IMG/VR virus record: IMGVR_UViG_3300028920_000119
Coordinates: 1-44,675 of that record
Direction: 5' to 3' (one strand)
DNA: 44,675 nucleotides
DNA from: a virus
Taxonomy: Duplodnaviria; Caudoviricetes
Both the position numbers and the translations under genes were made by a program. The notes under the pieces were generated by a model that saw nothing but the letters and a program-made list of their open reading frames with translations, was not told where the DNA came from and did no database searches. Of this stretch, positions 24,417-34,006 are shown piece by piece; within the stretch, counting starts at the first letter, position 1, and every line of letters begins with the position of its first letter.

Positions 24417-26285
24417 TCAGTCTAAGAATGTGATGTCTTCACCCAAAGCTTCGACCATCAGCCAGTGCCGTGGCTTCCTGCTCGGTTTCAAGTGATAGTT
24501 AAACACCTTGCCTTTTCGGACAAGCTCTTTGCGAAGCAACGTAATGAGCTTCTCGCGTCTTCGTTTCTCGCTGTTCAACCCGGCTAGGATAAAGCCGTAG
24601 GTCGGGTCGGTGGCCAAGTCTTCAACCACTGAGGTCATGGCTATGCAGTCCCCCGGGATGTACCTGCTGGCCAGATAGTCCCCGAAGTTGCGTAGCTCTT
24701 CGCCTTCAGCCTCGTCAGCCGCAAGGGGCAGGAACCTGCCGGACTCCCAGTAGATTTCGATCTCTGCTCCACGCTTGGCGTAGTTGCTCTTCAGTCTGCG
24801 TAGCCATGTCCGGTCTTCCTTGGTGGCCAGAGCCAGTCTGTTGCGAACTGCGTTTTCCCAAGCTGTAGATCCAGAGAGCATGTCCCCTGTGTTCTGACCT
24901 GTACGCGAGGGGTGAGCCAGCAGGAGGATTGTCAGGTTGTAAGCTTGGGCCAGTGCTACCATGTAGTACTTGACCACCTTGTTGACTTTCTCTCTGACGT
25001 TCTCGTCGCCCATGTAGATGTCGCTGAGTGTGTCGAGGACCATCAGCTTTGGCTTGTGCTTGGGCAGAGTCTCAAGGAACGCTCGAAGCTCAGGCATGAA
25101 CGGCCCCGGCACTACGTCTTGGTTGTTGGCTGTGACCAAGGTGTTGTTCAGGCCAGCCCTCGGCCACAGGTAGCAGGGGTTGGGCATGTTCTTTTCATCG
25201 AGGAAAGCGAACTCCGGAGCTTTGCGTATGGACTCTACACGCCGGTGGAGTTCGTCTGCCGAGTCTTCGCAGTACACCCCGATGTACATCATGTCCTCTT
25301 GAACATCCATATCCAGGAACTTGCCACCTGCAGCTACAGATATGCCAAGCTGGAGACTGAGGAGGGATTTGCCAGTAGACCCTGCACCATATATCGATGA
25401 TATCTCACCCACAGGAAGCCACTCATCCAAGATCCATCGGCGGGCTTTGGCTTCTCCGGGAACAAAGCCGGACAGAGGTATGGGCCAGTCCTTCTTCCGG
25501 ACCATCTTCTCACTATCAGCCACATCAAAGAAGTCAGCCACGGCAAGAGCGTTGCCCCGGGGCTTCTTCGAGATACTCGCTGCGATCTTCCGCACCTGAC
25601 CATCAGGCATTGGCGGGTCGCATCGCTCTGCGTTCATGACCAGCAAGGCGGCAACCAGTTCCTCATAGGTCAAGCCTTGGGCTCGAAGCACACCAGCCCA
25701 TCGCGTCAAGGTGCTGTCTCTGCTGCCCTCCGCTATAGACTCGGCAACATGCTTGTCCTCTGGTCGTTCAAGAGGCTCTACTTCAGGGGTGATCTCCAGC
25801 AGCCACGGCGGTAGATCTACTACAGGAACATCGTGAAGAACTTTGTAGACTTTGCCGTGGACCATACTGCCGGGTGCTACCACATAGCCACCAGTACCCC
25901 GAGTGTCTATACCAGTGCCAAACTTGTCGGCTGTGTTGGGGTACTTGCCACGGTAGTAGAAGTGCTTGCCGCCTGACGGTGTGCCGACCATGAACGTGTC
26001 CGGCAGCACAGAGTTCTCAGCCTCTAGTCTCTCCAGACTTTTGTAGCCGTCGCGGTCGGTCTTGTTGTCAATATCCACAACAACCAGACCGGAGCCGCCG
26101 CAGTAGACACCCCAGTTACATCCCGGGTGGCGTTGGGCGTAGGTCTTGATGTCCTCTTCGTTGCTGTGATTGATGGCCCACTCCTGCCAGCCGCTCAGGG
26201 CAGGACGCTTCTGACCGGGCAAGACTGGGAACACTTTGAAGCCTCGATGGACTAGAGCCAAAACAGCTTCGACGGCGGGGCTCAT
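24417..26285 (-). CDS. Bifunctional primase-polymerase + PriCT + RepA-like (AAA_25) helicase
   Basis: [31 protein letters not shown]; [13 protein letters not shown]; Walker [27 protein letters not shown] 26285 with GAGGAGG RBS. Confidence 0.9.
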   Translation of the reverse strand: MSPAVEAVLALVHRGFKVFPVLPGQKRPALSGWQEWAINHSNEEDIKTYAQRHPGCNWGVYCGGSGLVVVDIDNKTDRDGYKSLERLEAENSVLPDTFMVGTPSGGKHFYYRGKYPNTADKFGTGIDTRGTGGYVVAPGSMVHGKVYKVLHDVPVVDLPPWLLEITPEVEPLERPEDKHVAESIAEGSRDSTLTRWAGVLRAQGLTYEELVAALLVMNAERCDPPMPDGQVRKIAASISKKPRGNALAVADFFDVADSEKMVRKKDWPIPLSGFVPGEAKARRWILDEWLPVGEISSIYGAGSTGKSLLSLQLGISVAAGGKFLDMDVQEDMMYIGVYCEDSADELHRRVESIRKAPEFAFLDEKNMPNPCYLWPRAGLNNTLVTANNQDVVPGPFMPELRAFLETLPKHKPKLMVLDTLSDIYMGDENVREKVNKVVKYYMVALAQAYNLTILLLAHPSRTGQNTGDMLSGSTAWENAVRNRLALATKEDRTWLRRLKSNYAKRGAEIEIYWESGRFLPLAADEAEGEELRNFGDYLASRYIPGDCIAMTSVVEDLATDPTYGFILAGLNSEKRRREKLITLLRKELVRKGKVFNYHLKPSRKPRHWLMVEALGEDITFLD

Positions 26286-26512
26286 GGTTGCCTCCTCTTC
26301 CGTGAAAAGGCCGGATGCTTGGTTGTCTTGTTGAACAGCCAGTCCTGCCAAGGGATGGGTTTGTCAAAGAGATCCTGGCTGCACTGCTCTAGAAGCTTCG
26401 CCCGGGCAGGGGAACAGCCTCTACGTCGGGCCAGGATGTCACACAAATGGGCTAATCGAATTCCGGCCTTGGTTGCCAGAGCTTGCTTCATGCCGGGGGG
26501 CCAATATCTCAT
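26282..26512 (-). CDS. Cro-like HTH regulator
   Basis: KQALATKAGIRLAHLCDILARRRGCSPARAKLLE; ATGA-coupled to the primase; beside the divergent promoter region. Confidence 0.7.
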   Translation of the reverse strand: MRYWPPGMKQALATKAGIRLAHLCDILARRRGCSPARAKLLEQCSQDLFDKPIPWQDWLFNKTTKHPAFSRKRRQP

Positions 26513-26615
26513 ATCATTTCCGTTCCTTAAAGGGGTACCCTTATCATGGGTACACCCTTATAAGCTTTAGGCTACCCCGCCTCAAGAAGTTTTTGATTAA
26601 AGTGCCAGAATTATC

Positions 26616-26643
26616 TTGCGACCCGGTTTTGAATTGTTATCAT
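26616..26643 (+). promoter_or_regulatory. Extended -10 promoter; probable leaderless helicase mRNA
   Basis: TTGCGA(26616)-16 nt-TATCAT(26638) with TGn; ATG 26650 lies 6 nt after the -10; no SD. Confidence 0.6.
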
Positions 26644-26649
26644 GTGATC

Positions 26650-28068
26650 ATGTCGAAAGTGTCAACAATGTCAAAAGAGATACCGTGCCCCGCCGGGCTA
26701 TCCTACAGACCCTTCCAACTTGAGGGCATACGATACCTGCTGGACCACCCCGCTGCTTTGCTCGCAGACGAGATGGGCCTTGGCAAGACGGTACAAGTCA
26801 TCGGCATGGTCAATGCAGACCAGCAGTGCAAGTCGATCCTGATCGTTTGTCCCCCACACCTCAAGTACAACTGGCTACGAGAGTGGCAGCGGTGGACCAC
26901 CCGCAATTTGACAGTGGCAATGGTCGATCCAAAAGAGGACATACCAACTGCAGACGTGATCATTCTCAGCGAGGCAATCTTGGCCAGGCCGCAGATCAAG
27001 AAGGCTCTACGGCTTCGCAACTGGGATGCTATCGTTGTCGACGAGAGCCACCACTTCAAGAATCCCACCACCCAGAGGACTCTGCATCTCTATGGTGGTC
27101 GAGGTGTGAAGGCCCTTGACGCCCCCCGCCGCATAGCCCTTTCAGGCACCCCGATTCTTAACAGGCCCATTGAGATCCAAACCACCTTGGCGTGGCTTGA
27201 CCGGCCGGAGTGGTACGACAGGTGGAAGTTCGCACGAGCATACTGTGATCCGAAGAGGACTCAGTTCGGTTGGGACTTGTCCGGGCACAACATGAAGACT
27301 CTGCCCAATCTCCAGCGACGGCTCAAGGGCCACCTTATGCTTCGTCGTTTGAAACGAGATGTACTGCCGGAGTTGCCCAAGAAACAAAGACAGATCATCG
27401 AGCTTGATACACCGAGAAGCTTCGGCATCGGCTTCGACATATGGAAGAAACTGCTCAAGGGCACTGGGGCCAGTACTGCTAAGGATCTGCTGGAGGACGA
27501 ACAAGCTTTCCGGCAGGCCCTCAAGCTGCTGGAGGGTAGTAAGGATGTGCCCTTCGCAGACATATCCAGAGTGCGACGCGAGCTTGCAGACGCCAAGCTG
27601 GATGCCGTCAGGAACTTCATCAAGGATGCTGTTGACGGTTCGGACCATAAGATCATCGTCTGGTTCCACCACCGGACGATGGGCGAGCATCTCGCTTTCG
27701 AGTTCGGTCAGCAGGCTGTGCTTTACTACGGCGGGTTGAGCAGTACCAAGAAGGACGTGCTTGTACAACGCTTCAACGAAGACCCGAAGTGCCGGTTGTT
27801 CCTCGGCAGTCTGAAGACTGCTGGTACAGGGCTGACGTTGACAGCGAGCAACCACGTCATCTTTGCGGAGATGTTCTGGGTGCCCGGAGATATACAGCAG
27901 GCCGAAGACAGACCCCATCGTATAGGCCAGACAAAGAACGTGTTGATCCAGTACTTGGTAGCAGCCAATACCCTCGACGCCCACATGGGCAGGGTGGTTG
28001 TTCGCAAGCTGGATATTGTGGATACGGCTCTCGACAAAGATGAAGAGCTAGACCTTTTGCTGTCGTAA
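26650..28068 (+). CDS. SNF2-family (SMARCAL1/HARP-like) helicase
   Basis: LLADEMGLGKT, VVDESH, LSGTP, QAEDRPHRIGQ; start ATG 26650 or 26668. Confidence 0.92.
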   Translation: MSKVSTMSKEIPCPAGLSYRPFQLEGIRYLLDHPAALLADEMGLGKTVQVIGMVNADQQCKSILIVCPPHLKYNWLREWQRWTTRNLTVAMVDPKEDIPTADVIILSEAILARPQIKKALRLRNWDAIVVDESHHFKNPTTQRTLHLYGGRGVKALDAPRRIALSGTPILNRPIEIQTTLAWLDRPEWYDRWKFARAYCDPKRTQFGWDLSGHNMKTLPNLQRRLKGHLMLRRLKRDVLPELPKKQRQIIELDTPRSFGIGFDIWKKLLKGTGASTAKDLLEDEQAFRQALKLLEGSKDVPFADISRVRRELADAKLDAVRNFIKDAVDGSDHKIIVWFHHRTMGEHLAFEFGQQAVLYYGGLSSTKKDVLVQRFNEDPKCRLFLGSLKTAGTGLTLTASNHVIFAEMFWVPGDIQQAEDRPHRIGQTKNVLIQYLVAANTLDAHMGRVVVRKLDIVDTALDKDEELDLLLS

Positions 28069-28078
28069 GGAGAACGCC

Positions 28079-28723
28079 ATGTTAGATGCAGTAATCACAG
28101 AAGAAGGGGTGCTACGGATAGCACCAAACCCCTCATCCGGCACTGCGAGGTACGCACTGTCGCAGTGGTGGGGCCAGAACCGGAAGATCCAGTTTGTGTT
28201 TGGTGGATCGCAGGAGCCGTCGGGCCTTATGGCCTTGGTTCCTCACGCTGCGAGCCAAGCAGCCAAGCAGCAGGAGTCTGCTCCTGAGAAGCAGCAGGAG
28301 CCTGCTCCTGAGAAGCAGCAAGAAGAACCGGTTGGTGAGACCACAACCAGCGAAGCCACCGACAAGAGGGAAGAAGTCAAGGCCAGGCTCGACGAGCTTG
28401 GTGTAAAGTACAACAACCGCTGCCGCACCGAGACGCTTGAGAAGTTGGCTGCCGAGGCTGAGACCAAGCTTGCCAAGACAGAGCCACTGCCCGAGCCCGA
28501 CGACGATCCTCTCGGCCTTGATGCAGACGAGCCTTCAGAGCCCGATGTCTTCGAACCTATCTCGGCTGAAGACTTCCGTGAGTTGGTCAAGAACTTCGCA
28601 GCCAGCCACGGCACCGAGAGAGCCAAGCAGGTTCTGGCCGAGTTTGGTGCCGCGAAGATCAGCGAACTTTCCGATACGCAGAGGGCAGAAGCTGCGGTCA
28701 TGTACCGCAAGGCCTCCGAGTAG
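28079..28723 (+). CDS. Hypothetical replication-module protein (HeH-like segment + helical C-terminal domain)
   Basis: EEVKARLDELGVKY..TETL; AKQVLAEFGAAKISEL, as in genes preceding DUF2800; AGGAG RBS. Confidence 0.7.
   Translation: MLDAVITEEGVLRIAPNPSSGTARYALSQWWGQNRKIQFVFGGSQEPSGLMALVPHAASQAAKQQESAPEKQQEPAPEKQQEEPVGETTTSEATDKREEVKARLDELGVKYNNRCRTETLEKLAAEAETKLAKTEPLPEPDDDPLGLDADEPSEPDVFEPISAEDFRELVKNFAASHGTERAKQVLAEFGAAKISELSDTQRAEAAVMYRKASE
28265..28320 (+). repeat. 24-bp in-frame tandem repeat (about 2.3 copies)
   Basis: AAGCAGCAGGAG(T/C)CTGCTCCTGAG twice plus AAGCAGCA; encodes KQQE(S/P)APE. Confidence 0.85.
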
Positions 28724-28730
28724 GACAATC

Positions 28731-29960
28731 ATGAGCGATACCAAACACGCAAAACTGGCACCTTCAGCATCGAGCCGATGGATTCACTGCCCCGGGTCTA
28801 TCCGCCTGAGCGAGCAGGTGCCAGCGGATGAGGGATCAGTCTACGCCAGGGAAGGTACTGCGGCCCATCTGTTAGGGGCCCGGTGTCTTTCAGTGGAGGG
28901 CAGGGCACCTTTGCGAGCCCAGACCTTCCTTGGCAAGACGATCGTCGTGGACAAGCAGCAGTTCAAGATCGATCAGGACATGGTGGATGCCGTGCAGGAG
29001 TATGTTGATCTGGTCGGCTCTACTGCCCGGGTGCATATGTCTGTGGAGCATCAGTTCTCACTGGCTCATTACGACAAAGACATCTACGGCACCTCTGACT
29101 GCTGCATCCTCGAAGACTCGGACGAGGATGGGTACACACTGCACGTCATTGACTACAAGCATGGTGCCGGTGTACCTGTCGAGGTGGAGTGGAACACCCA
29201 ACTCATGATCTATGGGCTCGGGGCTCTGCGGCAGTACGAGCAGTTGATCAAGGCTGAGCCGAGGTTCACCAAGCCGATCAAGCATGTAAAGCTGGTGATC
29301 GTCCAGCCCAGAGCCCCGCACCCGGATGGCCATATCCGTGCATGGTCCATCAACATCGAGGATTTGAAGTACTGGGCTCTCAACGTGCTGGTGCCTGCTG
29401 CTAATGCAACACGGCAGGACAACGCTCCACTTCATGCTGGTAGGCATTGCCGGTTCTGTCCGGCGATGGCTGTTTGCCCGGAGATCGTCAACACCTCATG
29501 CCAACTGGCCAAGACAGAGTTCGGTTCGCCGGTCCTGCCGGAACCGGCAGACTTGACAAGCGAACAGGTCACCCAGGTTCTTGAGTTTGCCGAGTTGTTC
29601 ACATCCTGGGTGGGCCAGGTCATGAACTTTGTGCAGTCACAGATGGAGATTGGCAGGACTTTCGAAGGCTACAAGTTGGTAGCCAAACGTGCTAACAGGA
29701 AGTGGGTCAATAACGAAGAGGCCGCTGGCCTGTTAGAAGAACTACTTGGAGAAGATGCCTATGAAAAGAAACTGCTATCTGTAGCCAAGGCCGAGAAGGC
29801 TCTCAAGGCAGCGGGTGTGGAAGACTACAAAGACATACTTGCTGATGCGTGGGAGAAACCGGAAACCGGCTACACGGTAGCACCAGAAGACGACAAGAGA
29901 CCAGCCGTATCAACGCAGGCTTCGCTGGACTTCCTAGACGAAGCAGAGTTTTTGAACTAA
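28731..29960 (+). CDS. DUF2800 Cas4-like PD-(D/E)xK exonuclease
   Basis: HAKLAPSASSRWIHCPGS, EGTAAH, GTSD, VIDYKHG, QLMIYGLG, HCRFCPAMAVC; ATG 28731. Confidence 0.9.
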   Translation: MSDTKHAKLAPSASSRWIHCPGSIRLSEQVPADEGSVYAREGTAAHLLGARCLSVEGRAPLRAQTFLGKTIVVDKQQFKIDQDMVDAVQEYVDLVGSTARVHMSVEHQFSLAHYDKDIYGTSDCCILEDSDEDGYTLHVIDYKHGAGVPVEVEWNTQLMIYGLGALRQYEQLIKAEPRFTKPIKHVKLVIVQPRAPHPDGHIRAWSINIEDLKYWALNVLVPAANATRQDNAPLHAGRHCRFCPAMAVCPEIVNTSCQLAKTEFGSPVLPEPADLTSEQVTQVLEFAELFTSWVGQVMNFVQSQMEIGRTFEGYKLVAKRANRKWVNNEEAAGLLEELLGEDAYEKKLLSVAKAEKALKAAGVEDYKDILADAWEKPETGYTVAPEDDKRPAVSTQASLDFLDEAEFLN

Positions 29961-29992
29961 CGATGTCGACGATGTCAAACAGGAGAAACAAA

Positions 29993-30568
29993 ATGGATAA
30001 GGTAACAACCCCAGAGTTCCGCGTCAGCTTCCCCGCCGTCTTCGAGCCGGTGGCATTCCAAGGCGGCCAGCCGAAGTACTCGGTCACCATGCTCTTCCCG
30101 AAGGGTACGAACCTCGACACCCTCAAGGCCCTGGCCAAGGCTGCGGTTCAGGCCAAGTGGCCCGACCCCAACAAGAGACCCAAGTCGTTGCAGCATCCTT
30201 TCCGGGATGGTGACAAGGACAAGCCGGATCTTGACGGCTATGCCGGTCACATCTTCGTCAAGGCCACCAGCAAGATGCGGCCCGGCGTGATTGACAGCAG
30301 CATGAGCGACATCATCACGCCCGAAGATTTCTATGCAGGGTGCTACGCCAAAGCCAGCATCACAGCATACGCCTACGACACTGCCGGTAACCGCGGCGTG
30401 GCTTTCGGTCTTCAGAACTTGATGAAGACCCGGGATGGCGAGCCCTTCAGCGGCCGGTCCTCAGCACAGGAAGACTTTGCCGACGAGGCGAGTGCCGGTG
30501 TGACGCAGCAGGATCTGTCCGACGTTCTGGGTGAGCCCGATCCGAACGAGGAAGACATCCCCTTCTAG
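29993..30568 (+). CDS. DUF2815 ssDNA-binding protein (T7 gp2.5-like)
   Basis: RVSFPAVFEP, KYSVTMLFPK, PFRDGD, FYAGCY, GNRGVAFGLQN, acidic tail ending DIPF; AGGAG RBS. Confidence 0.92.
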   Translation: MDKVTTPEFRVSFPAVFEPVAFQGGQPKYSVTMLFPKGTNLDTLKALAKAAVQAKWPDPNKRPKSLQHPFRDGDKDKPDLDGYAGHIFVKATSKMRPGVIDSSMSDIITPEDFYAGCYAKASITAYAYDTAGNRGVAFGLQNLMKTRDGEPFSGRSSAQEDFADEASAGVTQQDLSDVLGEPDPNEEDIPF

Positions 30569-30595
30569 CAGGTCGGGGCTACAGGAAACTACCCA

Positions 30596-30633
30596 AGCGG
30601 GGAGGTGCTGCCCGGGCCTCCCTGCTGTCTTTT
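30596..30633 (+). terminator. Possible weak terminator/attenuator between ssb and pol
   Basis: AGCGGGGAGG/CCTCCCTGCT stem followed by GTCTTTT. Confidence 0.4.
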
Positions 30634-30649
30634 ACAGGAGATCATGGCC

Positions 30650-32644
30650 ATGCAGGTTGTCACACTAGATATGGAGACTCGAAGTGAAGTCGACTTACGA
30701 TCAACAGGTGTCCACCCCTACTCCGCACATCCGTCAACTGACATTATCTGCATCGCAGTCAAGAAGAACGATGAGCCTACCAAGCTTTGGCTTGGACATA
30801 GCTTCCGAGACTTCGCTGACAGACCTCTCTTGTCTAACGGAGAACTCAACCAGATGGTTGCTGATGCCGATGTCTTGGTAGCCCACAACGCGATGTTCGA
30901 GCGGGTGCTGTGGGACAACGTCATGCATGCGAGGTATGGCTTCTCGGCTATCCCGCTGAAGAAGTGGCGATGTACTATGGCTAAGACCAGTAGCCATGCT
31001 CTCCCCCGGGCCCTTGGCAAAGCATGCGATGTGTTGGGCCTCCAGCATAAGAAGGACAACAGGGGTCGCAGAGTCATGCTCAAGATGTGCAAGCCCCGCA
31101 AGCCGACCAAGAACAACAAAGCTAAGTGGCACGAGAAGCAAGATGACTTCACCATCCTCTTCGACTACTGCATCGATGACGTAGAGGCTGAGTGTGATCT
31201 GGATAGGTACCTGCCGGACCTCGAAGCCTACGAGGCAGGTGTGTGGAGGCACGACCAGGTTGTTAACGACCGAGGTGTATACGTCAACATACCAGTGATC
31301 CAGAAGCTGATTAACTGGACTGAACGAGAGCAGCAGCGTCTCTGCATGGAACTGCAAACCTTGACCAACGGCATGGTGCATACCGGAACCCAGGTTCTGC
31401 AGCTTAAACGCTGGCTGAAGACCAAAGGCTTTGAGGTATCAAGCTTGGATCAGGCCGCAGTTCTGGCCCTGCTCAAGTCTCCCCGAATGACGGATAGGGT
31501 ACGCAGAGTTTTGGAGATCCGGCAGTCTCTTGGCAAGACCTCAGTTAAAAAGCTTCAGAGCATGGTGGATAGGGCTGACGCTGATGGGCGTTGCCGAGGC
31601 ACCATACTGTACCACGGTGCTTCTACCGGTCGGTACTCTGGTCGAGGTATCCAGCCGCACAACTACCCACGAGACAGTTATCAGCCGCAGGACATTGAGA
31701 TCCTGTCTGGAATCCCGGAAGAAGATCTGGACTTGGTACGGCTGATCTACGATTGTCCTGTTGTGGCGGCCTCACGTTGCCTCAGAGGGATGATCCAGGC
31801 CGCCCCCGGCCACACCCTCCTCACCGCCGACTTCAGTGGCGTGGAGGCTCGTGGCCTAGCTTGGCTGGCCAGAGAGGAGGCGGTCCTCAAAGCCTATGCA
31901 GACAACCTTGACCCATACAAGGTGGCAGCCTGCGACATCTACCCGGGGGTCAGCTACGACGAAGTGACAAAAGACCAGAGGTTCTTTGGCAAGACACTGA
32001 CCTTGGCTTGTGGCTACCAAGGCTGGACCAAAGCCTTTCGTAAGATGGCTGAGAGCATCGGGTCTGACGAGGTCGACAAGCTCTCTGACGAAGTGATCAA
32101 AGAGAAGATATGGGCTTGGAGACAGGCCCGGCCAAGGACTACGGCATTATGGAAGAACCTGGAGGAAGCGGCCAAGCAGGCCACAGAGTATATCGGCAAA
32201 GCCTTCTCTGTTAATGGCATCACCTTCTATCGTGACAACGAAGACTTCCTGTATTGCCGCCTGCCATCAGGGCGACGCATTGCGTGGTACAAGCCCAACA
32301 TCACTATGGTGCAGAGACCCTACAAAGAGGAGAAGGTTCCTGCTCTGTGCTTCTACGGTGAGAACGCTGTGCATCAGTGGGGTCTCCAGTATACCTACGG
32401 CGGCAAGATCACTGAGAATGTCATACAAGCCTTGTGTCGGGATCTCCTCGTGCATGGCATGATCAATGTAGAGAAGGCAGGCATACCGGTAGTCCTCCAT
32501 GTCCACGATGAGATTGTGGCTGAAGTACCCGAGAAGGAAGCTGACCTTGACAGGTTTGTGGCACTCCTCACCGAGAAGCCCAAGTGGGCACAGACCTTCC
32601 CTCTGGAAGCCGAAGGCTGGACTGGAAAGGTCTATCGCAAGTAG
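30650..32644 (+). CDS. polA: DNA polymerase family A with 3'-5' exonuclease
   Basis: Exo motifs LDMET, AHNAMFE, YCIDD; pol motifs ADFSGVEAR, RFFGKTLTLACGY, HVHDEIV; start 30650 (or 30644). Confidence 0.95.
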   Translation: MQVVTLDMETRSEVDLRSTGVHPYSAHPSTDIICIAVKKNDEPTKLWLGHSFRDFADRPLLSNGELNQMVADADVLVAHNAMFERVLWDNVMHARYGFSAIPLKKWRCTMAKTSSHALPRALGKACDVLGLQHKKDNRGRRVMLKMCKPRKPTKNNKAKWHEKQDDFTILFDYCIDDVEAECDLDRYLPDLEAYEAGVWRHDQVVNDRGVYVNIPVIQKLINWTEREQQRLCMELQTLTNGMVHTGTQVLQLKRWLKTKGFEVSSLDQAAVLALLKSPRMTDRVRRVLEIRQSLGKTSVKKLQSMVDRADADGRCRGTILYHGASTGRYSGRGIQPHNYPRDSYQPQDIEILSGIPEEDLDLVRLIYDCPVVAASRCLRGMIQAAPGHTLLTADFSGVEARGLAWLAREEAVLKAYADNLDPYKVAACDIYPGVSYDEVTKDQRFFGKTLTLACGYQGWTKAFRKMAESIGSDEVDKLSDEVIKEKIWAWRQARPRTTALWKNLEEAAKQATEYIGKAFSVNGITFYRDNEDFLYCRLPSGRRIAWYKPNITMVQRPYKEEKVPALCFYGENAVHQWGLQYTYGGKITENVIQALCRDLLVHGMINVEKAGIPVVLHVHDEIVAEVPEKEADLDRFVALLTEKPKWAQTFPLEAEGWTGKVYRK

Positions 32645-32647
32645 AGG

Positions 32648-34003
32648 CTAGAGCTTCTTGATGTTGCACATCATGAAGATATTGTCTTCACCACTGCTCA
32701 TGTCGTAGCCGGTATTCCCGGCATTCGATACCCAGTATCGTAGCTCGAAAGCCTTGGTGTCTGCGATTGTAAACCTGCCAAACAACCTGCACATGTTTTG
32801 AGAAGTAATCGCAGTGGCTGTTCTCGTCGCCATAGCGAAGAGAACATCAGAGCCATCACTGACATTGCGTAGCTTGAAGGTGCCGAGCAGAGTGTTGTTG
32901 AACTGGCAGTTCACATCTATCTCATAAGTCCCTGCGGCTAGTTCAAACTGGTTGGGGTTGGAGCCTGCATCTTCGTTGCGGAAAGCAGTGACGATGCTAT
33001 CGTCATCATACTCCAGGGATGTAAGCTCCAAAGCGTTGGCCCACGAACCGGAGGACAGGGATTGGCCATTAGATCCCCCGCTCGCCGTGGACTGTACTAT
33101 CTGAGCCCAGGAAGGTGCTGATAGAGCAGTCACCTCGCTGTCAACATAGGCCTTGATGCTTTGCTGGCTGGCCACTGCAGTGGCACTGTCAGAAGACATG
33201 TCATCTTCATCCAAAAAGCTACTGCCGGACAGAGCCCCATTAAGCTCCAAGGTCGAATCGCAGACTACTGCACCGTCGAACTCAACTGCTGCATCAAAGG
33301 TGACTGCACTGGCAAAGCTGCAAGCACCAGAGAAGGACACAGATGTCACTGTCACTGTGCCGGTAAGCGTCGGGGTGGCCAGGGTGAAAGAATCCAAAGA
33401 GGCAAGAAGCTCGTAGCCATCTTCCGTGGCCTTGACAACCAAAACCTTGTCGGCATCTCCGGGGTTGATGCTCGGCAGACTGACACCAGCGGCGGCAGCT
33501 TCAGCGTCATCCTTGTAGCTCTCGCATAGGGCCGCTGACGCAGAGATGGCATTGTAGAGATCTTCCACTGTGCCATCGAAGTCATCAGGTTCCTCGTCGG
33601 CCGTCGAAGAGATCTTGAAGCAGCGATCGATCTCGTCCTGCTGTTGCTGGTTGACCATCATCAGATAGTCGAAGACGTCTTCATGGGTCTCAGCCAGCCA
33701 AGATCCTTGCTCTTCCAGATCAGTGAGTTGTGTCAGCGGTACAACTCTATCTATGGTCAGATGCTCGTCAGAGGCCGGGGCTGCTCTTCCGGCAGTCAAG
33801 ACCACATTGCCACCAGCAGCCTCACCAACGCCGGTAACAGTGTAGTCAGTGGTCTTGACCAGGATCTCCGGGTTGCTGCCGTCGTCATCAGACAGCGTCA
33901 CAACCAGATGGTCCTCATCCTTGATCTTGAACGTGTAGGCAAAGGTCTTGTTGTTGCCATCACCATCATAGGTGATGCTGGAAGTTGTAGTGCTAAGGGT
34001 CAT
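32648..34003 (-). CDS. Tail fibre (T7 gp17-like N-terminal anchor)
   Basis: ITYDGDGNNKTFAYTFKI..LTIDRVVPLTQ..HEDVFDYL N-terminus; FLDEDDMSSDSATAVASQQSIKAYVD; beta-rich C-terminus. Confidence 0.85.
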   Translation of the reverse strand: MTLSTTTSSITYDGDGNNKTFAYTFKIKDEDHLVVTLSDDDGSNPEILVKTTDYTVTGVGEAAGGNVVLTAGRAAPASDEHLTIDRVVPLTQLTDLEEQGSWLAETHEDVFDYLMMVNQQQQDEIDRCFKISSTADEEPDDFDGTVEDLYNAISASAALCESYKDDAEAAAAGVSLPSINPGDADKVLVVKATEDGYELLASLDSFTLATPTLTGTVTVTSVSFSGACSFASAVTFDAAVEFDGAVVCDSTLELNGALSGSSFLDEDDMSSDSATAVASQQSIKAYVDSEVTALSAPSWAQIVQSTASGGSNGQSLSSGSWANALELTSLEYDDDSIVTAFRNEDAGSNPNQFELAAGTYEIDVNCQFNNTLLGTFKLRNVSDGSDVLFAMATRTATAITSQNMCRLFGRFTIADTKAFELRYWVSNAGNTGYDMSSGEDNIFMMCNIKKL

Positions 34004-34006
34004 GGT

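Noticed and set aside
28731-29960. Cas4 as evidence of a CRISPR-Cas system
   Set aside because: It lies in the usual DUF2800-DUF2815-PolA phage replication module.
26473-30649. Upstream-extended starts in the ORF track (26473, 28437, 29849, 30605; also 16634, 17632, 19130, 14556, 14965, 26351)
   Set aside because: The extensions overlap neighbouring genes, promoters or repeats; downstream ATGs have a proper SD or leaderless geometry.
32648-34003. Diversity-generating retroelement as in BPP-1
   Set aside because: No reverse transcriptase ORF was found, and I saw no second copy (TR/VR pair) of the fibre 3' end.
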